Below are positions 35,524-46,340 of a DNA stretch of 64,000 bases, piece after piece. Position 1 is the first letter of the stretch, and the number at the start of each line of letters is the position of its first letter. Origin of the DNA: an uncultured Actinomycetes bacterium. GTDB taxonomy: Bacteria > Actinomycetota > UBA4738 > CALAEC01. A program made the position numbers and the translations under genes. The stretch spans positions 81,274 to 145,273 of the forward strand of contig CAZKFH010000001.1 in the NCBI GenBank assembly GCA_964551945.1, read 5' to 3'. The notes beneath the pieces are model-generated. The model was not told where the DNA came from. It saw only the letters and a program-made list of their open reading frames with translations, and did not search any database.

Positions 35524-35605
35524 ATTCACTGTTTCGACCCGATCCGGCTCTGGACCTTTGTGCAGACCGACAACCCAGACGTTCCGGGCAGCCCGGGGGT
35601 CCGTT

Positions 35606-36586
35606 TCAGATCGAGCGGGCACCCTTGGGCTCGGACGGAGCTTTCTTGCTCAGCCGCGTGACGAGTAGTCCCGCGATCACCAGCAGACCGCCGACCACCT
35701 CCGCGACGCCGAAGGTCTCGTCGAGGGCGAGCACCGCGATCGCACCGCCCAGCACCGGGACCAGGAACCCGTACACGACGGTGCGGGGGATTCCGCGGTG
35801 CTTGATGGCCCAGTTCCACAACGCATACGCGAGGTAGACGGGCCCGATCGTCGCGTAGGCGACGATGACCCACGAGGACGCGCTCACGCTGCCCCAGTCC
35901 TGGGAGACCATCGACGGGATGGCCACGATCGTGACGAGGAGCCCACCGAACGCGAGTCCGTACGACATCAGCTCCCGAGAGGGATACCGAGCGGTGAGGG
36001 GCTTGTTGATCACGCTGTACGCGCCGAACGCAGCGGCAGCTCCGAGGGAGAACAGGTCTCCCACGCGCGCGGTCGCGAAGGCGTCCCAGGCCCTGAGGAA
36101 CACCGCGACTCCGAGGAAGCCGAGCAACACGCCTCCCAGCTCCAGCTTGCTGGGTCGCTGCCGCCGAGCGAACCACTCGAAGACGACCGCGAAGATCGGA
36201 TGGGTGGAGATGAGGATCGCGCTCGCGAGAGCCGTCGTTCGATCGAGCCCCAGGACGAATCCCATCTGGTAGAGGAAGTAACCGGTCAATCCGGAGGCGA
36301 TGAGCAACCGTAGGTCTGCGCGACGCGGCCGGATGCGGTTCTTCATCAGCACTAGGACCGCGACCGAGAACGCGAACATCGCCCCGAAGCGAACGCCAGT
36401 GAAGGCAACGGGGTCGATCTCTCGCCAGGCGACCTTGAACAACGTGAAGGTGGAGGCCCACATCACGACCACGGAGAACAGCGCGAGGTCGATCAGGATG
36501 GGGGAGGGGCCGCGAGCGCCGCCCTCAGTCTCCGCTGCGGGGATCTCGTCTCGAGCTCGGGTGTCCTGCGCCATCAGGGACGACAA
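35606..36586 (-). CDS. DMT superfamily (EamA-like) transporter
   Basis: 10 TM, duplicated EamA pattern. Confidence 0.75.
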   Translation of the reverse strand: MSSLMAQDTRARDEIPAAETEGGARGPSPILIDLALFSVVVMWASTFTLFKVAWREIDPVAFTGVRFGAMFAFSVAVLVLMKNRIRPRRADLRLLIASGLTGYFLYQMGFVLGLDRTTALASAILISTHPIFAVVFEWFARRQRPSKLELGGVLLGFLGVAVFLRAWDAFATARVGDLFSLGAAAAFGAYSVINKPLTARYPSRELMSYGLAFGGLLVTIVAIPSMVSQDWGSVSASSWVIVAYATIGPVYLAYALWNWAIKHRGIPRTVVYGFLVPVLGGAIAVLALDETFGVAEVVGGLLVIAGLLVTRLSKKAPSEPKGARSI

Positions 36587-36622
36587 CCGGCGGGGCCGGC
36601 GCTTGATTCCCGGGCGGCGCCT

Positions 36623-37888
36623 CTAGGCCGTGACGGACCAGTGCAGCGTCTGGGTGAGGAAGTTCTCGATCCAGGCGGGGTCTCGGACGAAGGGGGTTTC
36701 ATCCATGACGCGCACGTCGAGTTGGGAGTGCTCACCGCTCGGGAACTCGAACGTCGTGCTGTTGTGCGCCGCGGGCACGAGCTGGCCGTTGAGGTACCAA
36801 TCGATCGTCAGGTTGTGGTCGGTCGGTTGCAGGACGTCGATGTGGACCGGGGTTACACCGTCGAGCGGCTGGGTCGTCGGAGGCGCGGATTCGATCGGGT
36901 CGAGCTTCGCGTACATCGCCTGCGTCATCTTCTCGCGTCCCGGCAGGTTGAAAGGCCGGCCGAGGAAGCGCATGAGCGACTGATCGGTCGGGCGGTACAT
37001 CCCGTACCGGTAGTAGCCCCCGCCCTCGTAGGTGCCGACGACGGTGCCGTCCGGTGACATCTCCCCGAGCCACCGCCACCACTTGATCTTGCTCGTCGCC
37101 ATGTCCGCGGCCTGCGACGCGGTGATGTTGACCTGACCGGGCTCGCCCTGCACAGCCCCGACGTACATGAGGTAGGGGAGCGGGATCTGGACGTCGTCCT
37201 CGGCGTCCTCGTCGACCCCGGCACGGTAGTAGTAGATGTACTCGTCCGCCAGGTTGCCGATCGAGTGTCCCAGCTCATGCACGGTGATCTGCCCCGCCTT
37301 GGCGTTCCCGCCGGACGAGGTTGCGTACACGCCGCCGGCCCCGCCGTACTTCGTACTGTTCGCCAGCCCGAGGACCTGGTCGGCTTCGGGGGCGAGCGCA
37401 GCGAACTGCTCCGCCTTCGTGTTGTTCATACAGAGCAACCGCTCGGTGCCGTTGCACCAGAACTGCATGTCGAGCGCCGTGTTCTTCATGGTTCCGGGGA
37501 GCGGGTCGTTGTCAACGCCGGACTCGGCCGAGACGACGTCAACGACCCAAACGTTGAAGTAGTCGCTATACGTCGTGAAGGGCTCGGTCGCCTTGATCGT
37601 CTGCCACTTGTCTGCCGCGTGCTGATGGAACAGCTCCATCTGGCTCTGCGTATATCCGTCGCCCACGATGACGATGTCGAACCGGTTCGAGCTGGGCCCG
37701 CTCACGTGGAGCGCAGTCACGCCATCCGCCGTCTCCTCGAGCTCCGCGGCTGTCGCTGATGCCTCTGCGCGAACCGGCACCGACACCTGCGCGATGGTCC
37801 CGTTCGGGGAGAAGACCTCGAACACCTGGAGCTCGGGAGCGCCCGCCGCGACGGGGGTTGCCCCGAGGAGGGACAACCCCGCGATCAC
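36623..37888 (-). CDS. secreted peptidase M64 (IgA-peptidase-like) family zinc metalloprotease
   Basis: 'HELGHSIGNLADEY' is the M64 HExxHx(n)DEY signature; GTG start with signal peptide. Confidence 0.7.
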   Translation of the reverse strand: MIAGLSLLGATPVAAGAPELQVFEVFSPNGTIAQVSVPVRAEASATAAELEETADGVTALHVSGPSSNRFDIVIVGDGYTQSQMELFHQHAADKWQTIKATEPFTTYSDYFNVWVVDVVSAESGVDNDPLPGTMKNTALDMQFWCNGTERLLCMNNTKAEQFAALAPEADQVLGLANSTKYGGAGGVYATSSGGNAKAGQITVHELGHSIGNLADEYIYYYRAGVDEDAEDDVQIPLPYLMYVGAVQGEPGQVNITASQAADMATSKIKWWRWLGEMSPDGTVVGTYEGGGYYRYGMYRPTDQSLMRFLGRPFNLPGREKMTQAMYAKLDPIESAPPTTQPLDGVTPVHIDVLQPTDHNLTIDWYLNGQLVPAAHNSTTFEFPSGEHSQLDVRVMDETPFVRDPAWIENFLTQTLHWSVTA

Positions 37889-37911
37889 GGGAGCGGTGCG
37901 GAGAACGCCGC

Positions 37912-40900
37912 CTAGGACTCGCAGGCGACTGCCTTTCCGCCGTCCGCGTCGACCGAGCAGACGTCCGTGCCTGCGCCGCCGTTGAGCTTGTCGTTCCCGG
38001 CGCCGCCGCGCAGCGTGTCGTCTCCTCGCTCACCTCGCATGTCGTCGTTCCCCGCGTCCCCGCGGAGCTCGTCGTTGCCTTCCCCGCCATAGACGAGGTC
38101 GACGCCGTCCCCGCCGAGGACCAGGTCGTTGCCGCCCAGGGAGTTGATCGTGTCATTGCCGCCGAGCCCACAGATCACGTCGGCGCCGTTCGTCCCGTTG
38201 ATGACGTTGGCAGCGGCCGTACCGGTGATGGTGCACGCCGTCCCGGTCGACTGCGACGTCACGCGGAACGTCAGCATCTTCGTCTCCTCGACGTTGCCGA
38301 CCTTGTCCGTCGAGCGGTACTCGAGCGTGTGATCCCCGAGCGCCGTCACCTCGAAGGGGGCCGAGTACGCGGTCCAGTCACCGCCGTTCAGGCGGTACTC
38401 GGTCGTGTCCACGCCTGCGCCACCCGCGTCGGCCGCGTTCAGCGTCACCGTGGGCGAGACGTACTCGCCGTTGACCGGGTCCGGGGACAGCGAGGCGGTT
38501 GTCGTTGGGGCCACCGTGTCCACAACGAAGGTGGCCGACTGCAGGTCCGAGACGTTGCCGCGGATGTCCTCCGCGATCCAGTTCACGGTTGTGGTCTGGT
38601 CGAAGTGGAGCCACTGGCCGGGCTGACGCGGCCCGCGAGCCTCCCAGGTCGGGGAGCTCTCGGTCGGCGTCGAGCCATCGGTCGTGTAGTGGATCACCGA
38701 GGGCTCGTTCACCCAGGAGAACGTGGCGTCGAGGGGATCGCGCCCGAGCGCGCCGTTCGGCTTGATCTCCGCCGTCGGCGCCACGTTGTCGTACGCGTAC
38801 TCGAGCGCGGTCTCGAGCAGACCGTAGTTCCCGGCCGCGAACTCGTTCGCCTCGTGGCTGCCCTCGCTCGCGTAGTCGGGCATGAAGCCGACCGCGGTCT
38901 GCGTCGTCCCGGTCTCCGTCGACGCGAACAGGTCGGCACCGGTCTCGAAGCTGTAGGCGATGATGTCACGCCGGTACCATTGCTCGTCGGCGCTGTTGCC
39001 GGCGGCCGAGTACAGCACGTCCGCGACGGGACCGGTCCGACCCGGCAGGATCACCGTGCCGCGCGACTCCCTGATCCGCTCGAGGATCTTCTCGGCTCCC
39101 TCGAAGAAGTACGCCTCGATCCCGATGTTCGGCGTCGGGAGCGTCTTCCGTCCGGAGGCCACGTAGGCGCCCGGCGCCCACATGAAGTACCCACCGTAGC
39201 TGTGGATGTTGTTCGAGAACTTGATGTTGTCGAAGGTCTCCACGATCCAGTGCTCGTTCTGGATCTCCGGCTCGGAAGCCTCGCTCGGGCCGGCGTAGGT
39301 CTCGCCGGTGCAGCTCGTGGAGGCGCCGGAGTACCCGTCGAACAGCGTGCCGATCGTGTTGTTCCTGTTGAGGTCGACGCCCCAGGAGTTGCGGCTGGCC
39401 GGCATGCCGGTCGTGGCGGTCAGGGGGCAGTGACGGGTCATGTTCTTCCGCTGGCTCGCGAAGTCGTAGAAGGAGTACAGCGAGCCATCGGGGTTCACCG
39501 AGGGCAGGATGAAGATGTCGAGGTTGTCGACCAGCTCCTTCGTGCCCGGGTCGATCGCGTAGTTGCGGAGCAGGCGCTCGGCCGTCTCCACACACGTCAG
39601 CGGCGTCGCCCACTCGCGAGCGTGCTGCTGGCAGTACAGGAACACGCCCACCTTGTCGCCGCTGCGGTCACTGCCGATCCGGATGACCTCTGGCTGAGTC
39701 TCCCCGCGCGGGATGTCCGCCGGCGCCATCAGGAAGTCATCGAGCGTGGTGAGGGCGACGGGGAGGACCGCTCCCGAGCCGGCGTTGCCAGCGTAGGGGT
39801 GCGCCGTGACCAGCTGGCTGGCCGTCGGGTGAGCGTTGATCGCCGAGATGACCTGTAACGCGTTGGTGCCCGGTTGGAACGTGACGGTGATCTTCGATCC
39901 CGTCACGGCCACGCTCGTGAGCACGCCCGGAACGAACTCCGCCTGGACCAGGTCGCCACCCTCGTGGCCGTACGCCTTGGAGATCAGGAGCACCGCTCGC
40001 GATGCGTCCTGTGGCGCCGCGCCCGGCGTGGCGGCGCCCATGACCGCCATCGACTTCCGCTGGTAGCCCTCCGTCTCGTATGGCAGGTCGATGATCTCGG
40101 AGATGTTCGGGAACTCCACCGCGAGGTCGTGGATGCGGTCGTAGACCTCGACGGGGTCCATGTAGTGCGTGTGGAAGTTGCTCAGGTACCCGTCCGCGTA
40201 GGGCGGAAGTCCCGGGCCGGGCCACGGCTTCACGTGGTCCTCGGCGAACTGCCCCGTGCTCGAGGCGACCCGGACGGTCGCGGGGACAGGGGTGGTCGAG
40301 CTCGCGGATCCCACGCGCAAGAGGATGCGGTGGTACATGTACGCGCCGGAGTCGGTGAACTTCGACATCGTGGTCGCGGCTCCGTACGCGCCGCCGTCCT
40401 CCGCCCATGCAGCGGAGAGCGTCGGGCCACCGGATTGGGTGCCGAGCGCGGTCCTTGCCTCGACAGAGAGGAACCGTCCCGAGCGGTGGACGAAGTAGTC
40501 GGCGCGCATCAGGGTGACCTCGCCGGGAGGCTGCTCCTCGCCGGGGCCGTCGGAGGACTCGGCGGCAGATGATGTCATCGGCGCCGACAGTGTCGGGACG
40601 ATCCCGGTCACGTCGGCCTCGAAGCCGTGCTCCGCGATCGCCTGTGAGTTCTGCTCCGCCTCGATGGCCTCCTGCCGCTCCTTCGTTCGCGCCTCCCACG
40701 TCGAGCGATCCTCGACGGTTCTGCCGAAGCGGTAGCCCATGGTCTCGAGGAACCCTCGCTCGGCCGGGGTCACGAAAGCGGCAACCGTGACCGTGCCGTC
40801 GGGCTCGTCCCGGCGGTACTCCGCGAGGTCCACGCCGATACCGAGGAGGTTGTCGATCGCGTCTCGGGTCGGAAGGTTGATCTCGATCAGGGCCTCGTCC

Positions 40901-41019
40901 TCGGCCGCATCCGAGAGCGGAAGGGTCGTCCCGACCGAGTTCGCGGGGCCTCCCGCGAGAGGCGCGAGCATGACGGCGAGCAGGGCAACGGCAATGGTTC
41001 TGAAGCGGAAGCGAGGCAT
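37912..41019 (-). CDS. large secreted M14 zinc carboxypeptidase with N-terminal extension, Fn3/CHB_HEX_C-like domains and C-terminal RTX calcium-binding repeats
   Basis: 'YCQQHAREWATP' (M14 HxxE zinc site) and 'NIHSYGGYFMW' (second His). C-terminal GGxGxD repeats. Confidence 0.7.
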   Translation of the reverse strand: MPRFRFRTIAVALLAVMLAPLAGGPANSVGTTLPLSDAAEDEALIEINLPTRDAIDNLLGIGVDLAEYRRDEPDGTVTVAAFVTPAERGFLETMGYRFGRTVEDRSTWEARTKERQEAIEAEQNSQAIAEHGFEADVTGIVPTLSAPMTSSAAESSDGPGEEQPPGEVTLMRADYFVHRSGRFLSVEARTALGTQSGGPTLSAAWAEDGGAYGAATTMSKFTDSGAYMYHRILLRVGSASSTTPVPATVRVASSTGQFAEDHVKPWPGPGLPPYADGYLSNFHTHYMDPVEVYDRIHDLAVEFPNISEIIDLPYETEGYQRKSMAVMGAATPGAAPQDASRAVLLISKAYGHEGGDLVQAEFVPGVLTSVAVTGSKITVTFQPGTNALQVISAINAHPTASQLVTAHPYAGNAGSGAVLPVALTTLDDFLMAPADIPRGETQPEVIRIGSDRSGDKVGVFLYCQQHAREWATPLTCVETAERLLRNYAIDPGTKELVDNLDIFILPSVNPDGSLYSFYDFASQRKNMTRHCPLTATTGMPASRNSWGVDLNRNNTIGTLFDGYSGASTSCTGETYAGPSEASEPEIQNEHWIVETFDNIKFSNNIHSYGGYFMWAPGAYVASGRKTLPTPNIGIEAYFFEGAEKILERIRESRGTVILPGRTGPVADVLYSAAGNSADEQWYRRDIIAYSFETGADLFASTETGTTQTAVGFMPDYASEGSHEANEFAAGNYGLLETALEYAYDNVAPTAEIKPNGALGRDPLDATFSWVNEPSVIHYTTDGSTPTESSPTWEARGPRQPGQWLHFDQTTTVNWIAEDIRGNVSDLQSATFVVDTVAPTTTASLSPDPVNGEYVSPTVTLNAADAGGAGVDTTEYRLNGGDWTAYSAPFEVTALGDHTLEYRSTDKVGNVEETKMLTFRVTSQSTGTACTITGTAAANVINGTNGADVICGLGGNDTINSLGGNDLVLGGDGVDLVYGGEGNDELRGDAGNDDMRGERGDDTLRGGAGNDKLNGGAGTDVCSVDADGGKAVACES

Positions 41020-41141
41020 CGGCGGGACTCCCTCCTGTTGTGTGTGGTGCCGGGCGATAGAAATACTTCGCCATGTGCCGTCCGGATACCTTCTCCAGAC
41101 CGGCGGAATCCCTCTTGGAAGGCGTGTGTTGAAGGATCCAG

Positions 41142-41774
41142 ATGCCTGAGCTCTCCACGTTGGGGCTGTTTGCGCTCGCCGCGCTGGGACTGCTGGTGGT
41201 CCCCGGCCCCGCGGTCATCTACATCACGACGAGGAGCATCGACCAGGGCCTGGCGGCGGGATTCGCGTCCGTGCTCGGGATCACGACCGGGACGCTGGTC
41301 CATACGGTCGCCGCGGCGCTCGGGCTGTCCGCGCTCGTGGCCTCCTCGGCGCTCGCGTTCAACGTGATCAAGCTCGTTGGCGCCGGATACCTGATCTACC
41401 TGGGCATCCGGCGGATGATGCAGCCCGACACCGTGGGCGATGACGTTCGAGTGCCCAGGCAGCCCCTATGGAGGATCTACCGCCAGGGCATCTTCGTGAA
41501 CCTCCTGAATCCGAAGACCGCGCTCTTCATGCTCGCGTTCCTGCCGCAGTTCGTCGACCCCCTTCGGGGGCCGGTCGAGCTGCAGATCCTGCTGCTGGGC
41601 AGCGTCCTCGCCACGCTCGGATTGCTCTCCGACGGCGCATATGCGCTGCTCGCGGCCCACTTCGGCCGCTGGCTCCGAGCGAGCCCCCGGTTCGCGAGGG
41701 CGCAGCGCTACGTGGGTGGCGGGGTCCTGGTGGCGCTCGGCGTATCGGCCGCGGTCACGAACGCCCGCAAGTAG
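41142..41774 (+). CDS. LysE/RhtB family amino-acid efflux translocator
   Basis: 'LVVPGPAVIYITTRSI…GAGYLIYLG' is the LysE-family signature. Confidence 0.8.
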   Translation: MPELSTLGLFALAALGLLVVPGPAVIYITTRSIDQGLAAGFASVLGITTGTLVHTVAAALGLSALVASSALAFNVIKLVGAGYLIYLGIRRMMQPDTVGDDVRVPRQPLWRIYRQGIFVNLLNPKTALFMLAFLPQFVDPLRGPVELQILLLGSVLATLGLLSDGAYALLAAHFGRWLRASPRFARAQRYVGGGVLVALGVSAAVTNARK

Positions 41775-41783
41775 CGAGCCGAC

Positions 41784-43229
41784 TCAGGTGGCGTCGTACG
41801 CCAGCGTGAGGAAGTCCATCTCTTCAGGCTGGCTGAGGAACTTGCCCGAGTAATACAGGCGAGTCCCGTCGGGGCTCACATCCAGGCCCTGGGGCTCGGA
41901 GACGCCGTCCGTGCCGCTACCCCGGTGGAGCGTCTGCCACACCGTGGTGCCGTCGTCCGCGTCGTACGCGATCACGGCGTGGGCCATGTCGATGCCTCCG
42001 AGTAGCACCGTATCTCCGCCGATGTAGACCTTTTGGCCGTCGGGGCTCGCCTCGACCGACCACGCGGCGTCGCCGTTGTTCCCCAGGCCGTTGAACCGTT
42101 TCGACCAGCGGGAACCTCCTCCGGGGTTGTACGCCACCGTGAGCATGTCGTAGCCGCCCGATGCCGCGCGGCTCATTCCGGTGACGTACACCGATCCATC
42201 GGGCCCCATGCTCAGGTCGAGCGGCAGATCGTGGAACTGACCGTTCGTACGGCCGTCCCAGATCCGGTTTCCCGTCTGGGCGTCGTACCCGTAGGTCGCA
42301 TAGTCGGCTCCGCCCGGGGTTCCGGGCCCATCCGTGGTGCCCGTCACGGCCACCCTTCCGTGACCGACGGCGATCCCCGTGGGCGTGTCGGACCCTCCGT
42401 GGTCGTCCTCCCGGGCGACCCACAGACGCTCACCATCCTCGGCGTCGAAGGCGACGGTCGCGTAGTCCCGGCCGCTCATGAGGCTGTCGCTGGGCCCTGT
42501 GATGTAGATGCGCTGGCCGTTCTGCGCGACGGCCAGGCGGTGCGCAGCGTCGAAGCCTCGCGAGCCGTCGTATGTGGAGGTCCACATGATGTCTCCATCG
42601 GCAGCGTCGATGGCCGTGAGCGTCGCATCCGCTCCCGTCGATCCGGCGGCCTGCAATCCCGCCACGTAGGCGACCGCGCCGTCCGGCGACAGCGCGATGT
42701 CGCTGGCGGTGTCCTGATCGCCGGCGTCGAGCCGGATTCGCCATGCCGTGACCCCGGAGGACAGGTCCAGGGCCCGAACGATCATGTCGCAGGTGGACAG
42801 GGCCGCCCCGGATTCACAGGTGCTCCCGGCCACGAGGACGCGCGCGCTGTCCGGGGTGATCGCCATGCCCGAGGGCGTATCCCATGCGGTCTCCGGCCCC
42901 GCCTCCGAGACGACCCACTTCCGCTCTCCGCTGGCGGCCGTGTTCGCGACCACCGTCCAGTCCACGTAGGTGGCCTCCGTGATCGCGGTACCCAGCGTGA
43001 CGACTGTGTTCCCGTCCGGGGAGACGACCACGTCCATGGGGACGTCCCTCACGCCCGGCGCCGCCCCGTAGGTGCCGGACCACTGGGGGCAGCGGTCGTT
43101 GACGGTGGGGATCTGCACGCAGGGCTCCTCGATCTCCTGGGCCGTGGCGCCCGGCGCCCCGAGCAGGACCAGCGCGAGGAGGGGAAGGATGGTGCGGCGG
43201 CGGGTCCACATGCCGGGAGAATTCGACAC
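41784..43229 (-). CDS. secreted beta-propeller repeat protein (SBBP/YVTN-like)
   Basis: Signal peptide (alternative ATG at 43211 gives 'MWTRRRTILPLLALVLL'). Repeated 'SPDGxxVYVTG' blades. Confidence 0.55.
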   Translation of the reverse strand: MSNSPGMWTRRRTILPLLALVLLGAPGATAQEIEEPCVQIPTVNDRCPQWSGTYGAAPGVRDVPMDVVVSPDGNTVVTLGTAITEATYVDWTVVANTAASGERKWVVSEAGPETAWDTPSGMAITPDSARVLVAGSTCESGAALSTCDMIVRALDLSSGVTAWRIRLDAGDQDTASDIALSPDGAVAYVAGLQAAGSTGADATLTAIDAADGDIMWTSTYDGSRGFDAAHRLAVAQNGQRIYITGPSDSLMSGRDYATVAFDAEDGERLWVAREDDHGGSDTPTGIAVGHGRVAVTGTTDGPGTPGGADYATYGYDAQTGNRIWDGRTNGQFHDLPLDLSMGPDGSVYVTGMSRAASGGYDMLTVAYNPGGGSRWSKRFNGLGNNGDAAWSVEASPDGQKVYIGGDTVLLGGIDMAHAVIAYDADDGTTVWQTLHRGSGTDGVSEPQGLDVSPDGTRLYYSGKFLSQPEEMDFLTLAYDAT

Positions 43230-43318
43230 CGGGTGCTTGTTCTCCTTCAGCAGGAATCCGGGCCTCTCGGGGCGAACCCTTAGAAGAGGTCAAACCGCCC
43301 AACGAAGGAGACTGCCAT

Positions 43319-44854
43319 ATGAGAGCCCGCGCCCTGCTACTCGCCCTGATCCTGCTCGGAGCTTTCGCCGGTGCCCGCCTCGCGGCGGGAGGATCCGGAC
43401 TCTCCTCTCTTGCCGACGTGAGTGGGCTCGCAGTGGCTGAAGGCCCCGCACGACTTCTGTCGCCGTACGGCGGCCCGATGGGTGGAGGGGCGCTCGGCCA
43501 GGGAGCGGGCAACGCAACGGCTCCGGTTGAGGTCGGGCTCCCGGCACGCGTCGTGGACTTCACGCCCACGGTGCCGACCACGACGCGCACGTTCGGGACC
43601 ACGGACTTCACCGATCTTGAGGTGGGCCCGCGTCAGGGCACCACCGACTGGCGTGTCGTCGGGGGCACGGGGAACGCCGCGGAGCTGTGGTTCCACATCA
43701 CCAACACCGGGCGGATCATGGACCTCGGCGGCCGGTACGTGAACTATTCCGACGACCAGGGCGTGACGTGGAAGTCGGTCAAGCCCAGCGAGGAGCTGGT
43801 CAACGGCGAGGGCGCGATCCTCCAGGCGCCCAACGGCGATGTCGTTGCCGCCACGTGGGATCCCTACTCGGGCGACCGGGTGTTGACCTTCAAGTACACC
43901 GCGGCGACGCAGAAGTGGAGCTACATGTATCAGCCGCTCCACAACCCGTTCTGGGATCGTCCCGAGATCTACGTGATCCCAGGGTCGTTCACCGATCCCA
44001 CCGGTGACCCTGTGCCCTACATCTCGTTCCTCCACGGATTCCCGCAGGCTCACTGGCAATACAGCTACGACAGCCTCAACTACCCGTTCGTCTCCTCACC
44101 GGACGTGGACGCCAGAAACGGAGGCGCTGCGATTCAGTCGTGGCTCGACGTGACCCCTTCTCCGATGCTGGACTACATGCAGCCGAATGTGGACCGGCTC
44201 TTCGAGCCGTTCACATCTCTCGGTGGGGGCAGGGCTCTCAAGGGTGACGTCATGTTCACATCGCAAGACATGAAATGGCACTCCTGGGAGACACCCGCGG
44301 GCGAAGGGATCAGCGGTCCCGTGCAGGTCGACTCCCGCGGCTGGCTCCACAACGTCAGCGGCGGCGAGTACCGGATCTCGACCGATGGAGCCCGGACGTG
44401 GAACGTGCTCGAGGGCCTTACGGGCTCCTTGGGTGACTTCAAGGCGAACGCGGCGGCGGGCGTGGCCGCTGTCGTTGCCGAGCGGAACACGCCGACGGGC
44501 GTACAGGACTTCATCTACAAGATCGACATCTCCACTGCGGAGCCCAAGCTGATGCGCACGTATCTGGTCGGCGACGCTGACGACGGCCGAATCAGCGGCG
44601 CCGGCGCCTACACGCTCCAGGGTGGGCACCGATTCGACTTCTCGAACGTCGCGATCTTCCCGGACGGGCGGCTCGCGGTCACCTTCATGGACAAGAAGAC
44701 GAGGATCCCGGTCCCGACCCTCGGCGAGAACCCCGCCGTATGTCTGGTTGAGGATCAGCCACCCGGGCCGGCGGAGCTGGGATCACCCTGCAGGGTGGTG
44801 GCGCCCATGCTCGCGATCGAGCAGGTCACCCACCTGCCGGGGAGCTCGAGCTAG
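43319..44854 (+). CDS. secreted BNR-repeat sialidase-like (exo-alpha-sialidase fold) protein
   Basis: Signal peptide; 'SDDQGVTW' and 'STDGARTW' BNR (Asp-box) motifs. Confidence 0.6.
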   Translation: MRARALLLALILLGAFAGARLAAGGSGLSSLADVSGLAVAEGPARLLSPYGGPMGGGALGQGAGNATAPVEVGLPARVVDFTPTVPTTTRTFGTTDFTDLEVGPRQGTTDWRVVGGTGNAAELWFHITNTGRIMDLGGRYVNYSDDQGVTWKSVKPSEELVNGEGAILQAPNGDVVAATWDPYSGDRVLTFKYTAATQKWSYMYQPLHNPFWDRPEIYVIPGSFTDPTGDPVPYISFLHGFPQAHWQYSYDSLNYPFVSSPDVDARNGGAAIQSWLDVTPSPMLDYMQPNVDRLFEPFTSLGGGRALKGDVMFTSQDMKWHSWETPAGEGISGPVQVDSRGWLHNVSGGEYRISTDGARTWNVLEGLTGSLGDFKANAAAGVAAVVAERNTPTGVQDFIYKIDISTAEPKLMRTYLVGDADDGRISGAGAYTLQGGHRFDFSNVAIFPDGRLAVTFMDKKTRIPVPTLGENPAVCLVEDQPPGPAELGSPCRVVAPMLAIEQVTHLPGSSS

Positions 44855-44858
44855 CCGG

Positions 44859-46208
44859 TTACAGCGACCCGTCCCGCGCGAGGTCGCGGAACATCGCCTG
44901 GGCTGACGCGCCCAAGCGGATGACGCTTGCGCCACCGACGAAGCCGCCGCCACCGGTGGCAACCCTGTTCTTGACCTTGTCCGTCGTGAGCGCGGCGGTG
45001 AGCAGCTCGAGCATCTCGAGGAACGAGAGGTCCGTGTCGAGGTACTTCGCGCCGACCAGCAGCCAGCGGAAGAGCGCCAACGGATCCTTGCGAACGTCCT
45101 CCCGCAGCTCGCGCAGCGCCGCGATCATCAGGCGACCCTGATTGAGGGACCGCCCGATGTCCCCGCCGCGGACGTCGTGTCGGTTGCGGGAGAAGGCGAG
45201 CGCCTTCGGGCCGTCGAGCCGCGCGGGCCCGGCCTGAAAGTGCGCGCCGGAGTAGAAGTCGCTCATCCCCTCGGAGATCGTGATCTCGATGCCGCCGATC
45301 TCGCTGACCATCCGGCGGAAGTCCTCGAAGCCGGTCAGCAGGTAGGCGTCGATCTCGATGCTGGTCAGACGCTCGACGGTCTCGACGACCAGGTTCGGGC
45401 CGCCGTGGAACAGGGACGCGTTGATCTTCTGGGTCGCCGCGCCGGGGATCGGCACGTACGAGTCTCTCGGGATCCCGAGGATCGAGGCGTCGCCCGTCCG
45501 GCGGTTCACCCCGATGATGTGCAGTGAGTCGGCGAGCGCCCCATCGACCGGCTTGCGGGGCCTCGCGTCGCTTCCGATCGCCAGGATGAAGAGTGGGTCG
45601 CTTCCCGGGATGCCGGGCCGGTAAGAAGCGGCCCCGACTTCTCCACGAACGTCGTAGCCGGAGACGAGCCACCGCTTGTCGACGAGCCGCAGGTCGTAGT
45701 CGCCGCCATGGCGGATGGGAACCTCGAGACCGTCGCCGTAGCCGATGGCCTCGAAACGCATGTTCGCGATCGCCGCGACCGGGGTGCCGTTCTCGTTGCG
45801 CAAGAACTGCACGACGATCCGAGCATCGTCCGGATGGACGGTGTCAAGGTCGCGCGCATCGCGCCCGAGGGTGAGGCGGTCGAGGTCGCGGCGGGCCTGG
45901 TCGCGCGTTTCGCGCATGAACGCGTCGAGTACGCCCGGGTAGCCGGCCTCACGCTGCGAGAGATCGACGAACGCGGCGGCGTACATCGCGGTCATCGTCT
46001 CCCGAACCTTTTCCGCCGCTCCGAGCAGCGGCCCGCGCGGCGCGCGGCCCTTGAGCTCGACGGACGTGAACTTCGCCAGACGGACCTCGAGCTGTGGCCG
46101 CTCGGCAGGTGCGACCGGCGCGACGTCCGTGTCGGCTGGGGTGCACGCCGAGGCGAGGCAGGCCGCGAGGGATATTGCGAGGCGCTTCCGCCAGATTCCG
46201 GGCTTCAT
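44859..46208 (-). CDS. LCP (LytR-CpsA-Psr) family cell-wall polymer transferase lipoprotein with N-terminal accessory domain
   Basis: Start re-assigned to ATG at 46208 (lipobox 'LAACLASAC'). 'ILGIPRDSYVPIPG…KINAS' is the LCP catalytic core. Confidence 0.7.
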   Translation of the reverse strand: MKPGIWRKRLAISLAACLASACTPADTDVAPVAPAERPQLEVRLAKFTSVELKGRAPRGPLLGAAEKVRETMTAMYAAAFVDLSQREAGYPGVLDAFMRETRDQARRDLDRLTLGRDARDLDTVHPDDARIVVQFLRNENGTPVAAIANMRFEAIGYGDGLEVPIRHGGDYDLRLVDKRWLVSGYDVRGEVGAASYRPGIPGSDPLFILAIGSDARPRKPVDGALADSLHIIGVNRRTGDASILGIPRDSYVPIPGAATQKINASLFHGGPNLVVETVERLTSIEIDAYLLTGFEDFRRMVSEIGGIEITISEGMSDFYSGAHFQAGPARLDGPKALAFSRNRHDVRGGDIGRSLNQGRLMIAALRELREDVRKDPLALFRWLLVGAKYLDTDLSFLEMLELLTAALTTDKVKNRVATGGGGFVGGASVIRLGASAQAMFRDLARDGSL

Positions 46209-46340
46209 GGCTCCGAGGCTATCCGGTCCCCGGGGGTGCGCTCGAGTGTTCATTCGCCGGTCATGTTCCGTTTTGCAGGACCTGGGAGCCTTATAGCGAA
46301 CTCTCATACGCATGTGGGCGCTCTCGAGGAGGCCAAGACG

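Noticed and set aside
37759-39858. 699-aa plus-strand ORF antisense to the M14 carboxypeptidase gene
   Set aside because: Antisense frame in high-GC DNA; the opposite strand carries clear M14 motifs.
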